64,000 bases of DNA from contig JBALDB010000053.1 in NCBI GenBank assembly GCA_036918135.1, forward strand, positions 96,001 through 160,000. The letters run 5' to 3'. The notes under the pieces were generated by a model that was not told where the DNA came from, searched no databases, and worked only from the letters and a program-made list of their open reading frames with translations. Position 1 is the stretch's first letter, and every line of letters starts with the position of its first letter. Made by a program: the position numbers and the translations under genes. Source of the stretch: Nostoc sp. (GTDB taxonomy: Bacteria; Cyanobacteriota; Cyanobacteriia; Cyanobacteriales; Nostocaceae). This document shows positions 1 to 10,289 of the stretch, one piece after another.

Positions 1-2
1 AC

Positions 3-1346
3 CGCAATGATGAAGAGTTTATGGAAGCTTTTAATATTCAAGCAGGAGTAGCATTACATAATGCCCAGTTGTTTGCCACAGTCAAGCAACAAGAACAAAT
101 GCAACGAGACATTCTCCGTAGTCTTTCCAATGGAGTAGTTTCTACTGATAAATCTGGGTTAATTATCGCCGCCAATGAAAGTGCTAAACGTTTGCTGGGG
201 CTGGAAGCAGAAGACCGTTTAGAAGGTAAATTAGTTGAGGATGTGATCGCCATTAAAGAAAGCGACTTTAGCAAGTGGTGTCAGGATGCTTTACACGGAA
301 CCGACTGGAAACGTCGCCAGCAGTATTACCCGGATCGCACTCTTTTAAGTGCTGGTATAGAACAGCATAGTATTAATTTATCGATTAATACGATTGCTGA
401 TGTCAGCGACCACGAGCAAGTCCGGGGAGCGCTGGTGGTGATGGAAGATATCAGTGATGAAAAGCGGCTCAAAAGTACAATGTACCGCTACATGACGCAG
501 GAATTAGCAGAAGAATTGCTGAAGTTGGATGACGCTAAACTAGGAGGCGATCGCAAAGAAGTTTCAATTTTATTTTCGGATATTCGCGGCTATACCACTT
601 TGACGGAAAACCTGGAAGCAGAAGAAGTGGTAAGTATGCTCAATGAATATTTTGAATCAATGGTAGAGGCAGTTTTTAAACATAAAGGTACTCTGGACAA
701 ATACATCGGCGACGCCATTATGGCTGTGTTTGGTTCTCCTTTACCTTTAGAAGAACACGCTTGGATGGCAGTGCAAACATCTTTAGAAATGCGCCAACGC
801 TTGTACGATTTTAATCAACGCCGCTATGCACTTAATAAGCCGAGAATCAACATTGGCATTGGCATTAATTCCGATACAGTGATTAGTGGAAATATCGGCT
901 CTAGTAAGCGGATGGAATTTACTGCTATTGGCGATGGTGTTAATCTCGGCTCCCGCTTAGAAAGCGTTAGTAAACAGTATGGTTGCGATATCATTATTAG
1001 CCATAACACTTTTAAACCATGCCAAGAAAATATTTGGGCTAGAGAACTAGATTACATTCGCGTCAAAGGCAGAAATGAGCCAGTATCCATATATGAATTG
1101 GTCGGTTTGCGTTCCAATCCCATTAGTAGCGAGAAACTACAAGTGATTGAGCATTATTATAAAGGACGCGAATATTACCTCAAACGCGATTTTAACCGTG
1201 CGAGAGCTGAATTTGCCTTAGTTTTAGCAGCTGACAACCAAGACAAAGCTGCTATGTTACATCTGTTGCGCTGTCAGCATTGGTTACAAGCACCCCCAAC
1301 AGAGTCAGATTGGGATGAAGGAGTTTGGACATTTCAGGAAAAATAA
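3..1346 (+). CDS. cyaB: Class III adenylate cyclase, CyaB type (GAF end-PAS-cyclase-TPR); 5' end lies outside the window
   Basis: Cyclase motifs ILFSDIRGYT, DKYIGDAIMAVFG and GDGVNLGSRLE follow a PAS-like segment; the frame is open from position 3. Confidence 0.9.
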   Translation, partial: RNDEEFMEAFNIQAGVALHNAQLFATVKQQEQMQRDILRSLSNGVVSTDKSGLIIAANESAKRLLGLEAEDRLEGKLVEDVIAIKESDFSKWCQDALHGTDWKRRQQYYPDRTLLSAGIEQHSINLSINTIADVSDHEQVRGALVVMEDISDEKRLKSTMYRYMTQELAEELLKLDDAKLGGDRKEVSILFSDIRGYTTLTENLEAEEVVSMLNEYFESMVEAVFKHKGTLDKYIGDAIMAVFGSPLPLEEHAWMAVQTSLEMRQRLYDFNQRRYALNKPRINIGIGINSDTVISGNIGSSKRMEFTAIGDGVNLGSRLESVSKQYGCDIIISHNTFKPCQENIWARELDYIRVKGRNEPVSIYELVGLRSNPISSEKLQVIEHYYKGREYYLKRDFNRARAEFALVLAADNQDKAAMLHLLRCQHWLQAPPTESDWDEGVWTFQEK

Positions 1347-1565
1347 ATTCAGTGTTTCTAACAACTCAGGTCTATTTAAATTACTTTTAAAGCTTTTTAA
1401 TATTTCTTAATTCTGTTTTAACAAAATTATGATTAAGCGAAGATTTAAAAGCGATCGCCCTTTATATTGGCAACCTTGGGGACTAATGTAAAGGTTAATT
1501 GATATTTGTTGTCAAACTAACTGTTGAAGTTAGAAACTAAGAATACAACACAAGGCAATTATTTT

Positions 1566-2057
1566 ATGACTGCTATTTCTAAAGTTGCATTCAGACGGCC
1601 AATTTGGCAAACCGCTATCATCTTGACTTTGGGCTTTTGGCTCAGTGCAAGTCTACTTTTAGATTGGGTAATTATGCCTAGTCTTTATCTTTCTGGAATG
1701 ATGAACGGAAGTGGTTTTACTACAGCAGGTTATACGATTTTTTGGAATTTTAATCGTATGGAATTACTATCTGCTGCTGTAGTACTAACGGGAGCGCTGG
1801 TTTTGAGTAAAACCCAATTTCAAAGGGGTATTGGCAGTATTGTTCTATCTGTGATACTGCTGAGTATAGCCCTGCTTGACACCTATTTCATGACTCCGCA
1901 AATGTGCGCGATCGGAATTCAACTCAACCTATTTGAAGCTGTTGCTGCTATTCCATCGACAATGAATTTACTACACAGTGGTTATTGGCTACTAGAACTA
2001 ATTAAGCTGACGGCAGGTGGCGTACTTTTAACTTGGTACTGGCAGGAGCAAGTTTAA
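1566..2057 (+). CDS. Membrane protein (DUF4149-like)
   Basis: About four hydrophobic helices; ATG at 1566 preferred over TTG at 1524. Confidence 0.7.
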   Translation: MTAISKVAFRRPIWQTAIILTLGFWLSASLLLDWVIMPSLYLSGMMNGSGFTTAGYTIFWNFNRMELLSAAVVLTGALVLSKTQFQRGIGSIVLSVILLSIALLDTYFMTPQMCAIGIQLNLFEAVAAIPSTMNLLHSGYWLLELIKLTAGGVLLTWYWQEQV

Positions 2058-2604
2058 GTTGATTAAGTAAAAGGACGAGGATTTCCACTTTTAAATCTCA
2101 TATTAAAGACGTGAAGAGTTTCTTTGCGTCTTTTTGCTACATCCACTTTGGATGGTCAAATTCACAGAGATTAAATTTTTATTACAAATTCTCAATTCTA
2201 ATTTTGGAATGTGTCGATCCGAATTAACATTTACTGTGCAGTTTCAGCCTTTCCGGACATCCGCACAAATAAACATTTATGAAAATTGTCTGGAAGAGGC
2301 TATAAATTAATTTTCATATTTTCTTTACTTATTTTTCATCAAGTTTATATATTTCTGCTATTTTTGTTGAAAAATTATAGTAACCTAAATTTTAGTGAGT
2401 ACATTACTTGCAATCTACCATCTAGCTAAAAATTGCTATTTTTCAGGTATGTACCAAAATTCGAGAATTTCGCTTGCTCAAAATTGTCTAGGGTGACTAT
2501 TTATCCCCACACAACACTAGAACCCGTTTCCAGTAATTATGAAGAGATTCCCTTCTGCTGAGTCAGTCGCCTGTGCATCTCACTACACACTATCCTGGCG
2601 TCAA

Positions 2605-2726
2605 TAGACTTCTTGCATAAATTAAAAAAAGAACCCCAAAGAACCTTTGACAAAAGTCAAAGTCTCCCCTCTTTGCTTGCGGGGAGGGAGGGGGTAGAGT
2701 ATTAGGGGACTTTTGCAAGGGGTCTA
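2605..2726. mobile_element. MITE-like element with terminal inverted repeats TAGACTTCTTGCA / TGCAAGGGGTCTA
   Basis: Inverted termini; AAT flanks both sides of AGAC...GTCT; a related copy at 24266-24357 shares the first ~38 bp almost exactly. Confidence 0.7.
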
Positions 2727-3341
2727 ATCATCAGCCAACTCATTTTTTACTCGCCAGTGACCCTTGTTGTTCCCTACGCAGAGAAGTTTTACAATCGCAA
2801 ATTTAAGTAAGATACCGAACTTTTTTGATACTGAGTTATAAAATATGCTTGGCTTGAAACAAGTTCACCTCAAGAATAAACCTCCAGTAAAAGTGAATGC
2901 ACACGAATTATTCAGGTTTTTCTTTTGTAAGTTATTACTTGTAATTTTGGCTGTAAAATACGGATAACAGTGATACTTTTGCAACTGATGGGCGAGAGCC
3001 AATGGTCTGTGCGTCGCACTTGAGTTACTGTTAGATTGGCTAAATTAGCGAAAGATACAGAAAGTCAATCTGATTTTTGAAATACTATTTCCTGACAATA
3101 GTCGGGTAATTTTGCTATTGGGTAATAGCATCGATATCGATTGATTTTAGTTGTATTCGTGCATTATAACTTAGCAGAGATTGAAGAATTACCAGTTGGG
3201 GGGTGTGGAATCTCTGTACTAACTAAAATGTGACCGCTATATTTATCTGAACAGTGCTTCTAATTAATGCCGCTGTGAATTCCCAAAAGGAAATTCACTA
3301 ATTTCGCTTGCAAATATTAATTTTATTGCAGAACCATCCCA

Positions 3342-4448
3342 ATGAAGACACTTCCGATTAGTAGATACAGATTTTTCCAAAAGCTCCAGCCTCTATCTCT
3401 ATTAAAAAAAATCACGAGTAAGTCCGTTACTGGTTGTTTGCAAGTATTTAGTACCTCTGGTTCTTGGTCAATATATGTAGACGAGGGGAAACTGATCTAT
3501 GCCTGCTACTCAGAGAAAATGTTTGAGCCACTTTATAGAAATTTGCAACGCTTGAGCCAGCAAATTTCTACTCTCCCTCGCGGAATTCACGAACAACTGC
3601 GGGCAATATTTGAAACTGGTATTGAGAATCAATCAATACCGAATCCAGATTATCTAGCTATTTGCTGGTTAGTAAATCAGAAATATATTAGTTCGTCTCA
3701 AGCAGCGATTTTGATAGAAGAGTTAGCACTAGAAGTTTTGGAGTCGTTTCTGAGCTTAGAGCAGGGAAGTTATGAATTTATTCCCGAAGGCTTTTTGGAT
3801 GATATGCCTAAGTTTTGTCATCTGAATCTTCGTTTATTAGTCGAACGATGTCTAACACCCAGAAGTGAGGCAGAACATTTTCCCGTAAGGATAGCAGCTA
3901 GTCAGCAAACATCACCATTGCCAGTGCAACCCTCACAATTTTTATCCAAAAATCAGCCACAACCTCAACTCAAAACTGTACACAAGTTACCTAGACCATA
4001 CAACGGCAATAAACCAGCGACATACGTTATCAATACTACTGATAGGACGAGTCAGCAAGTTGTACAACCCCCGACTGACAAAAAAATTTACACAATCTTC
4101 TGTATTGATGATAGTCCTATGGTATTGAATACTATTAAAAATTATTTAGATGAGCAAACCTTTTGTGTTATCGGAGTCACCGATTCTTTCAAAGCTTTAA
4201 TGCAGATTATCTCCACAAAACCAGACATAATTTTCTTGGATATCTCCATGCCTAATTTAGATGGATACGAACTCTGCTCTTTGCTGCGTAAACACTCACA
4301 TTTTAAAAATACACCTGTGATTATGGTGTCGGCAAAATCAGGTTTGTTAGATAAAGCTAAAGCTAAAATAGTCGGGGCATCAGGCTATTTAACTAAACCT
4401 TTTAACCAAGGAGATTTACTAAAAGTAATATTTAAGCATATTGTTTAA
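3342..4448 (+). CDS. patA: Heterocyst patterning response regulator PatA (PATAN domain plus C-terminal receiver)
   Basis: N-terminus MKTLPISRYRFFQKLQPLSLLKKIT and NPDYLAICWLVNQKYI match Anabaena PatA as I recall it; receiver domain with CIDDS, FLDISMP and YLTKPF. Confidence 0.92.
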   Translation: MKTLPISRYRFFQKLQPLSLLKKITSKSVTGCLQVFSTSGSWSIYVDEGKLIYACYSEKMFEPLYRNLQRLSQQISTLPRGIHEQLRAIFETGIENQSIPNPDYLAICWLVNQKYISSSQAAILIEELALEVLESFLSLEQGSYEFIPEGFLDDMPKFCHLNLRLLVERCLTPRSEAEHFPVRIAASQQTSPLPVQPSQFLSKNQPQPQLKTVHKLPRPYNGNKPATYVINTTDRTSQQVVQPPTDKKIYTIFCIDDSPMVLNTIKNYLDEQTFCVIGVTDSFKALMQIISTKPDIIFLDISMPNLDGYELCSLLRKHSHFKNTPVIMVSAKSGLLDKAKAKIVGASGYLTKPFNQGDLLKVIFKHIV

Positions 4449-4503
4449 TTCTTTTATATAAAATAACTACACTTAACTAACATATTGTTTTGGAGATTGA
4501 AGG

Positions 4504-4884
4504 TTGAGTATTACCTGGATAGCTACTATTCTGGTTATAGGAGATTCTCGGCAGGAATTAGAATTAATTAGTTATTATTTGAGAGATAAAGGTTACAATA
4601 TCGTAAAAGCAACTAGTGCTAAAGAAGCTCTAGAAATAGTTTTAGAAGAAAAGCCAGATGTAATTGTTACTGATGTAGTCATGCCTGGGATGAGTGGATT
4701 TGAATTATGTCGCTTCTTAAAAACAAATCCAACTAATCAAAAAAGACCTATTGTGATTTGTAGCAGTAAAAATCAGGCAATTCACAGATTGTGGGCAAAG
4801 AAGCAAGGTGCTGATGCTTATATAATTAAGCCATATACCCTTGAAGAGTTACTGAGTACTATTCAATCAGTTAAAATTTGCTAA
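4504..4884 (+). CDS. CheY-like single-domain response regulator
   Basis: IVTDVVMPGMSGFELCR and AYIIKPY receiver motifs. Confidence 0.85.
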   Translation: MSITWIATILVIGDSRQELELISYYLRDKGYNIVKATSAKEALEIVLEEKPDVIVTDVVMPGMSGFELCRFLKTNPTNQKRPIVICSSKNQAIHRLWAKKQGADAYIIKPYTLEELLSTIQSVKIC

Positions 4885-5201
4885 CAGCTACTTTAGAGCG
4901 TAATTACGAATTACGAACTATTCGGTCAGATGTTGCCAATATTCAAGATATTGACGTTGATGTTAGCCAATAGAAATAACAGGTGGCGACCAAGTATAAA
5001 AGCGCAGAGTTGGAGGATGCTGGTGTTATTGTTGCAACCAGCGGGAAAATGCCAGCCGCTTCTAGCAAAGGAATTAGTCGCCACACTTTAGAGTTCAAAA
5101 GTTAAAAGTTAGGAGTTAGGAGTTGCGACTTAGGCTGACCTGAACTTATCCCAAGGAGAAACGCCAAAGGCGAACGGTAACTCATAACTAAACTAAAACG
5201 A

Positions 5202-5681
5202 TTAAGCTGCCCCAAATTCAGATTGTAAAGCTTCATCGTTGTTATCAGCGATCGTTGCCACAATAGTGATTAACCGAGAGACTTCGCCTGGAGATAACTC
5301 CGCTAAAGTGCGTGTAGATATCACAACCACCCGATTTTCAATAATACCGAAACGCGCTTCAAAAGTACTAGAGCAGTTTAATTCTAAAAGATGCCGCATT
5401 AACTTAGGTTCATCTTTGGCAGGTAAATCTAGCACTGCAGACCAGACCGTTATCGTATCTTCATCGGTTTTCCCAGTGAGTTGGACAAATACTTCCACAC
5501 TCCCGTATTTAAACTTCCAGAGAGAACCACCCTCTGGCGTGTGGTTAACCATTGCACTGTCATCTTGTTCTAGGCTGTCGATGACATTTTCAATTACCTC
5601 CAGATGGTTGATACCTGTCGTCTCGGCGATTAAATCATTAAAGGATTCGTCACTAATTGGGGTTTCTTGGTAGCTTGTCAT
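5202..5681 (-). CDS. YbjN / T3SS-chaperone-like domain protein
   Basis: WKFKYGSVEV and LLELNCSSTFEARFGI pattern typical of cyanobacterial YbjN proteins. Confidence 0.75.
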   Translation of the reverse strand: MTSYQETPISDESFNDLIAETTGINHLEVIENVIDSLEQDDSAMVNHTPEGGSLWKFKYGSVEVFVQLTGKTDEDTITVWSAVLDLPAKDEPKLMRHLLELNCSSTFEARFGIIENRVVVISTRTLAELSPGEVSRLITIVATIADNNDEALQSEFGAA

Positions 5682-6247
5682 ACAGATTTTTTTCTCAATT
5701 TACTCACTGTTTTATCTACACATACTTTATAGCTTGTTGCCAAGCTTAGTTTGAGCTTCCTGAAATGATAGTCTGGTCATCAGTCATACCAAATCAAGTA
5801 GTTCTAAATAAATACAGTCAAAAAATTACTTTAATTAATGTCTGTGACTATACCTGAATTCAAGAAAGGGTATAGCACATTTAAAGTCTAACGCCAAAGA
5901 AGATGTGCAAACTTATGATTTTTCTCTCCGAAACCATGCAAAATCGTGATGTCCGTCGATTGGGTATTAACCCCAATTACTACTATGTAGTTGCACGTAG
6001 TAGTTAAGTAATAAATAAGTCTGTGAGTATGGTACTTTGGAACAGCAAGCCTATTTGCATAATTCCCAAAGGCGGAATTATGAATTGAATCAGGCGTTAG
6101 TGAGTGTGCAAAAGTTGATGAAGAGTCAGGTCAAGAAGCGCAAAAGAAATCTCTGAATATTAGTTAGGTAAAGCGATCGCCTCCTCATTCACTACATATC
6201 CAAAATGCTAGAATCGCCCTAGCACAGATGCTCTGGCAGGAGGTAAC

Positions 6248-6502
6248 GTGGAAAAAATAGAACTGCAAATTGACCAAAAAACCCTTGAGAAAGCACGCGC
6301 TTTGGCAAAGTTGCGCCATTGTGACTTGTCACAAGTGATTGCTTATGCAATTGAACAGCTACCAGTGGTTGAACCACCAAAAGACCGTTTGTTAGGATTA
6401 TTTGCTGACGATCCTGACTCAGTAGATCAGATGCTAGAACAGGTAATGAAGGATCGGGCAGCACATCCGCTAAATCAACGCTTTGGACAAAGTACTTATT
6501 GA
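6248..6502 (+). CDS. Putative antitoxin of a VapBC-type pair
   Basis: 84-aa ORF with RHH-like N-terminus, GGAGG RBS, overlapping the PIN toxin start. Confidence 0.65.
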   Translation: MEKIELQIDQKTLEKARALAKLRHCDLSQVIAYAIEQLPVVEPPKDRLLGLFADDPDSVDQMLEQVMKDRAAHPLNQRFGQSTY

Positions 6503-6902
6503 CACTGATATTTTTTCTGAGATTCTCAAGGGAATCAATCAGCGTGTTGCAGGAAGGGCTTCCGCCTATCATGCTAACTTTGGTTACTATACCGTCTGCA
6601 CTATCACAGTTTTAGAGATTGTTAAAGGCTGGCATAAGCGCCAACAGGAAAATAAGATTCAACAGTTTTTTATTGAAATTATCGAGGCACAGGTATTAAC
6701 ACTAGAACTTAGTGATGCTAAGTTGGCAGGACGCATTTATGCAGATTTGGAACGCACAGGGCAACCAATAGGACTTGCTGATGCTATTATTGCTGCCATC
6801 GCAATCCAACAAAACTTAACTTTAGTCAGCGGCAATTTATCCTATTATCAGTGGATTCAAGCATTAGGCTACAACTTGAAGCTGGATAATTGGCGAATAT
6901 AA
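6483..6902 (+). CDS. vapC: PIN-domain toxin (VapC family)
   Basis: LIDTDIFS, TVLEI, DAIIAAIA and LVSGN PIN motifs. Confidence 0.88.
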   Translation: MDKVLIDTDIFSEILKGINQRVAGRASAYHANFGYYTVCTITVLEIVKGWHKRQQENKIQQFFIEIIEAQVLTLELSDAKLAGRIYADLERTGQPIGLADAIIAAIAIQQNLTLVSGNLSYYQWIQALGYNLKLDNWRI

Positions 6903-6967
6903 ATGCTCTTTTCTTAAGGACAGTGGAAAATAAAGATAAGTAAGAACGATTCTGGGCGCCATCCTCC

Positions 6968-8113
6968 ATGAGTTATTGCCTTAATCCCCGTTGTCCGAAG
7001 CCTGAAAATTCTAGTAATGTCAATTTTTGCTTGACTTGCGGTTCTAAGTTACTTCTCAAAGAGCGATACCGTGCTATTAAACCAATAGGTCAAGGTGGTT
7101 TTGGCAGAACTTTTTTAGCTGTGGATGAAGATAAACCATCAAAACCGCGCTGTGTAATTAAACAATTTTATCCCCAAGCCCAAGGCACTAATACCGTACA
7201 AAAAGCTGTGGAGTTATTCAACCAAGAAGCCGTACAGTTAGATGAATTGGGCAAGCATCCGCAAATTCCTGAACTATTGGCATATTTTACCCAGGAAGAC
7301 CGCCAATATCTCGTACAAGAATTTATTAATGGGCAAAATTTAGCTCAGGAACTCGCACATAAAGGTGCTTTTAGTGAAGCACAAATCTGGCAATTACTCA
7401 ATGATTTATTACCAGTATTGCAATTTTGTCACGCTAGGCAAGTGATTCACCGCGATATTAAACCAGAAAATATTATTTTACGTGGCGGTGATGGCAAATT
7501 AGTTTTAGTAGATTTTGGTGCTTCTAAATCTGCTACTGGCACTGCCTTAAATAGAACTGGTACTAGTATTGGTAGTCCCGAATATGTCGCCCCCGAACAA
7601 ATGCGAGGTAGGGCTATTTTCGCCAGTGATATTTATAGTTTGGGTGCTACTTGTATTAACTTATTAACCAGGCGATCGCCTTTCGATTCCTATGATACCA
7701 ATAACGATACTTGGATTTGGCAAAAATACTTAAAAACTCCTGTTAGTAATGCATTAAGTCTCATTCTCAATAAGATGTTAGAAAGCATTCCAATGCGGCG
7801 TTATCAAACAGTAGATGATGTTTTAAAAGACTTAAACAAATACTCACAACCAGCTATACCAGCTAATACAGTAAAACCTGTTCCTCAATCTACGCCTAAT
7901 TCCACACTTCCTTTGGTCACCCAATCTCCTAGTCAAATCGATTTAGAATTAGAGCAAATAAAAACCCAATTTTTAAGTAGTAATAAACCTCAATCAAATA
8001 AAATCCAACCAGCAAGTTCAACACCTCAACCTTCGAGTAAAAGTCAAATAGACCGAGAATTAGAAGAACTAAAAGCTAAATATCTCGGGAATAATAACAT
8101 ACCAAATCAATGA
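6968..8113 (+). CDS. Hanks-type Ser/Thr protein kinase with N-terminal 4-Cys prefix
   Basis: YCLNPRC...CLTCG, GQGGFGRT, HRDIKPEN, DFG and APE motifs. Confidence 0.95.
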   Translation: MSYCLNPRCPKPENSSNVNFCLTCGSKLLLKERYRAIKPIGQGGFGRTFLAVDEDKPSKPRCVIKQFYPQAQGTNTVQKAVELFNQEAVQLDELGKHPQIPELLAYFTQEDRQYLVQEFINGQNLAQELAHKGAFSEAQIWQLLNDLLPVLQFCHARQVIHRDIKPENIILRGGDGKLVLVDFGASKSATGTALNRTGTSIGSPEYVAPEQMRGRAIFASDIYSLGATCINLLTRRSPFDSYDTNNDTWIWQKYLKTPVSNALSLILNKMLESIPMRRYQTVDDVLKDLNKYSQPAIPANTVKPVPQSTPNSTLPLVTQSPSQIDLELEQIKTQFLSSNKPQSNKIQPASSTPQPSSKSQIDRELEELKAKYLGNNNIPNQ

Positions 8114-8170
8114 AAAAATCTTATAAAATACACAGTCATCAACTTCAAACGGAATAATTTACGGCTATAA

Positions 8171-8788
8171 TTAAGATTGAGTGAGAATTCCTACAAGGAC
8201 TCTAACTAATTCTTCCAAACCTTCAGGTACACGATAAAGTTTGATATCCTGCACGACTCGTTTATCTTCTCGATAGAATATTCCAAATCGCCAATCTTCT
8301 CCATTTGTGACTGCACCGTACAAAATTGGTGTTTGAGAATCTGTCCATTGAGCAAGTGCAATCAATTCAACTGCAAGTTGGGTAAATCCTCGGCTTAAAT
8401 CTGATTGCTTAGCTTCAACTACTAGTAATGAATTGGACGATGAAATATAATAATCAAAACTTCCTTTTAATTGTTCGCTAATATTGATAGGATACTCAAT
8501 ATTCAATTGAGTTTGTGTTTGGTCGCAAACCTCTAATAGAATAGGAGCAATTAAAACTTCACGTTTCGCTGCTTCACTAATTGGGTTAACGCGTATTATA
8601 TTTCGCTGTAGATAACGCTGTAAAAAGTCTAAATAATCAACTGTATTTGAATATGTTGGTAGTTGTAATGATGCACGTTCGTAACTACATCCCAATTCCG
8701 CTAAAATATCCGCTGGAGCATAGGGTAATTCAAAATACTTACTAAATGTATAACTTTGACCGGGTTGAAGAATGCGCGGACGACTCAT
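8171..8788 (-). CDS. PD-(D/E)XK nuclease-fold hypothetical protein
   Basis: GSFDYYI...VVEAKQ motif and GAVTNGEDWRF. Confidence 0.6.
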   Translation of the reverse strand: MSRPRILQPGQSYTFSKYFELPYAPADILAELGCSYERASLQLPTYSNTVDYLDFLQRYLQRNIIRVNPISEAAKREVLIAPILLEVCDQTQTQLNIEYPINISEQLKGSFDYYISSSNSLLVVEAKQSDLSRGFTQLAVELIALAQWTDSQTPILYGAVTNGEDWRFGIFYREDKRVVQDIKLYRVPEGLEELVRVLVGILTQS

Positions 8789-8868
8789 ATAGTACTGATT
8801 AATAATTTCTAATTAAGACACATTTTCAGACAAAAAATTAACGTGGTTATTAACTCTTAGGAAGACAA

Positions 8869-10164
8869 CTAACACCAAGTTTGCACAACACAACCCTGTA
8901 ATTCTTGCCCCAACCAGGGTGTATTTTGTGAAAGTGTATGCAGATTTTTCCTTTCAACTTTCCAGGTTTGCTGAGGGTCAAATAAAGTTAGTTCAGCCTT
9001 TTGCTCGGAGGTAATTGCACTGAGTTTCTGCCCCAAACACTTTGCTGGATTACTGCTCAACGCACCCCATAATTCTAAAGCTGTAAATTCTCCAGTTTCC
9101 ACAAGATATTGCCACAGCAAGGGTAATGCTAACTCAAAACCAATTGCTCCGGCTGGCGCTTCGGCAAAAGCTTGGACTTTTTCTTCGTAGGTATAAGGTG
9201 CGTGGTCGATCGCGATGGCATCTATAACCCCCTCACGTACTCCTGCACGCAACGCCATTACATCACTGGCATTGCCTAAAGGCGGGTCTAAATGCAGGCT
9301 GGTATTATAGCTCTTAACTGCTTTAGTGTCTAGTAAGAGATGCATCCAAGTAGTGCTGGCTGTGATGGGTAAACCAGCAGCCTTAGCCGAAGCGATTAAT
9401 TCCACACTGCGGGCTGTGGAGACGCGCATGATATGTACTGGTGTGCCTATGGCTGCAACTAATTCAAGCATTGCAGCGGTAGCACTTGTTTCGGCGCTGG
9501 CGGGTACTGGCGGTAAGCCTAAACGCAGTGCTTGGGCACCTTCTCTAATTACACCATTTGCAGCTAATTGGCGATCGCAAGGCCAAAATGCAACTGGTTT
9601 ACCCAACGGTTGAAGATACTCTAACACCCGCCGTACTAGCGCTAAATTTTCTAAAGGTTTACCATCTGTAAAACCAACAACTCCAGCCGACGCTAAATCT
9701 GCCAATTCCGTCATTTGCTTTCCAGCAATATCTAAGGTAATCGCACCCCAGATATGAAGCCGGGGAGCCGGGGAGCAGGGGAGCAGGGGAGAAGAATGTA
9801 AACTCTCGTGTACCCCTCTGCTCCTCATCTGCTGCAACTGTGCCACAAGTGCAGGATTATCAATAGCTGGGGATGTATCGGGTAATATACTAACTCTAGT
9901 AAAGCCGCCGACAGCAGCGGCTTGCAACAGAGATACAAGAGTTTCCCGTTCTTCAAACCCCGGTTCGCCGGAGTGGCTGTATAAATCTACTAAGCCAGAA
10001 CCAAGAACTAATCCCCGACAATCTCTGATTTGAGTATCAGAACTGATATCACAAATGCAAGAAGCCACTGCTTGGATATAACCATCAGCAATCAGTACAT
10101 CAAATAGTTCGTCGGTTTGGGAAACTGGGTCAATTAGCCGTACTTGTTGCAGCAGTTCAGTCAT
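8869..10164 (-). CDS. pyrC: Dihydroorotase-like protein (PyrC' type, probably catalytically altered)
   Basis: Amidohydrolase layout with DLYSHSGEPG (first His of HxH replaced by Tyr), IAIDHAP and APAGAIGFE. Confidence 0.85.
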   Translation of the reverse strand: MTELLQQVRLIDPVSQTDELFDVLIADGYIQAVASCICDISSDTQIRDCRGLVLGSGLVDLYSHSGEPGFEERETLVSLLQAAAVGGFTRVSILPDTSPAIDNPALVAQLQQMRSRGVHESLHSSPLLPCSPAPRLHIWGAITLDIAGKQMTELADLASAGVVGFTDGKPLENLALVRRVLEYLQPLGKPVAFWPCDRQLAANGVIREGAQALRLGLPPVPASAETSATAAMLELVAAIGTPVHIMRVSTARSVELIASAKAAGLPITASTTWMHLLLDTKAVKSYNTSLHLDPPLGNASDVMALRAGVREGVIDAIAIDHAPYTYEEKVQAFAEAPAGAIGFELALPLLWQYLVETGEFTALELWGALSSNPAKCLGQKLSAITSEQKAELTLFDPQQTWKVERKNLHTLSQNTPWLGQELQGCVVQTWC

Positions 10165-10289
10165 AAAAGTTTTGAATAATGAGTTATGAGTTAGGAGTTA
10201 TGAGTTATAAGTTATTTGCTGTTTGTTCATCACTCTTAACTTTATTCCTTACTCCTAACTATTAACTCAGCAATCAGCACTTAGCACTC

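Noticed and set aside
2252..2257. TCCGGA (DIF1-like motif) upstream of patA
   Set aside because: A single hexamer ~1.1 kb upstream cannot be supported without TSS data.
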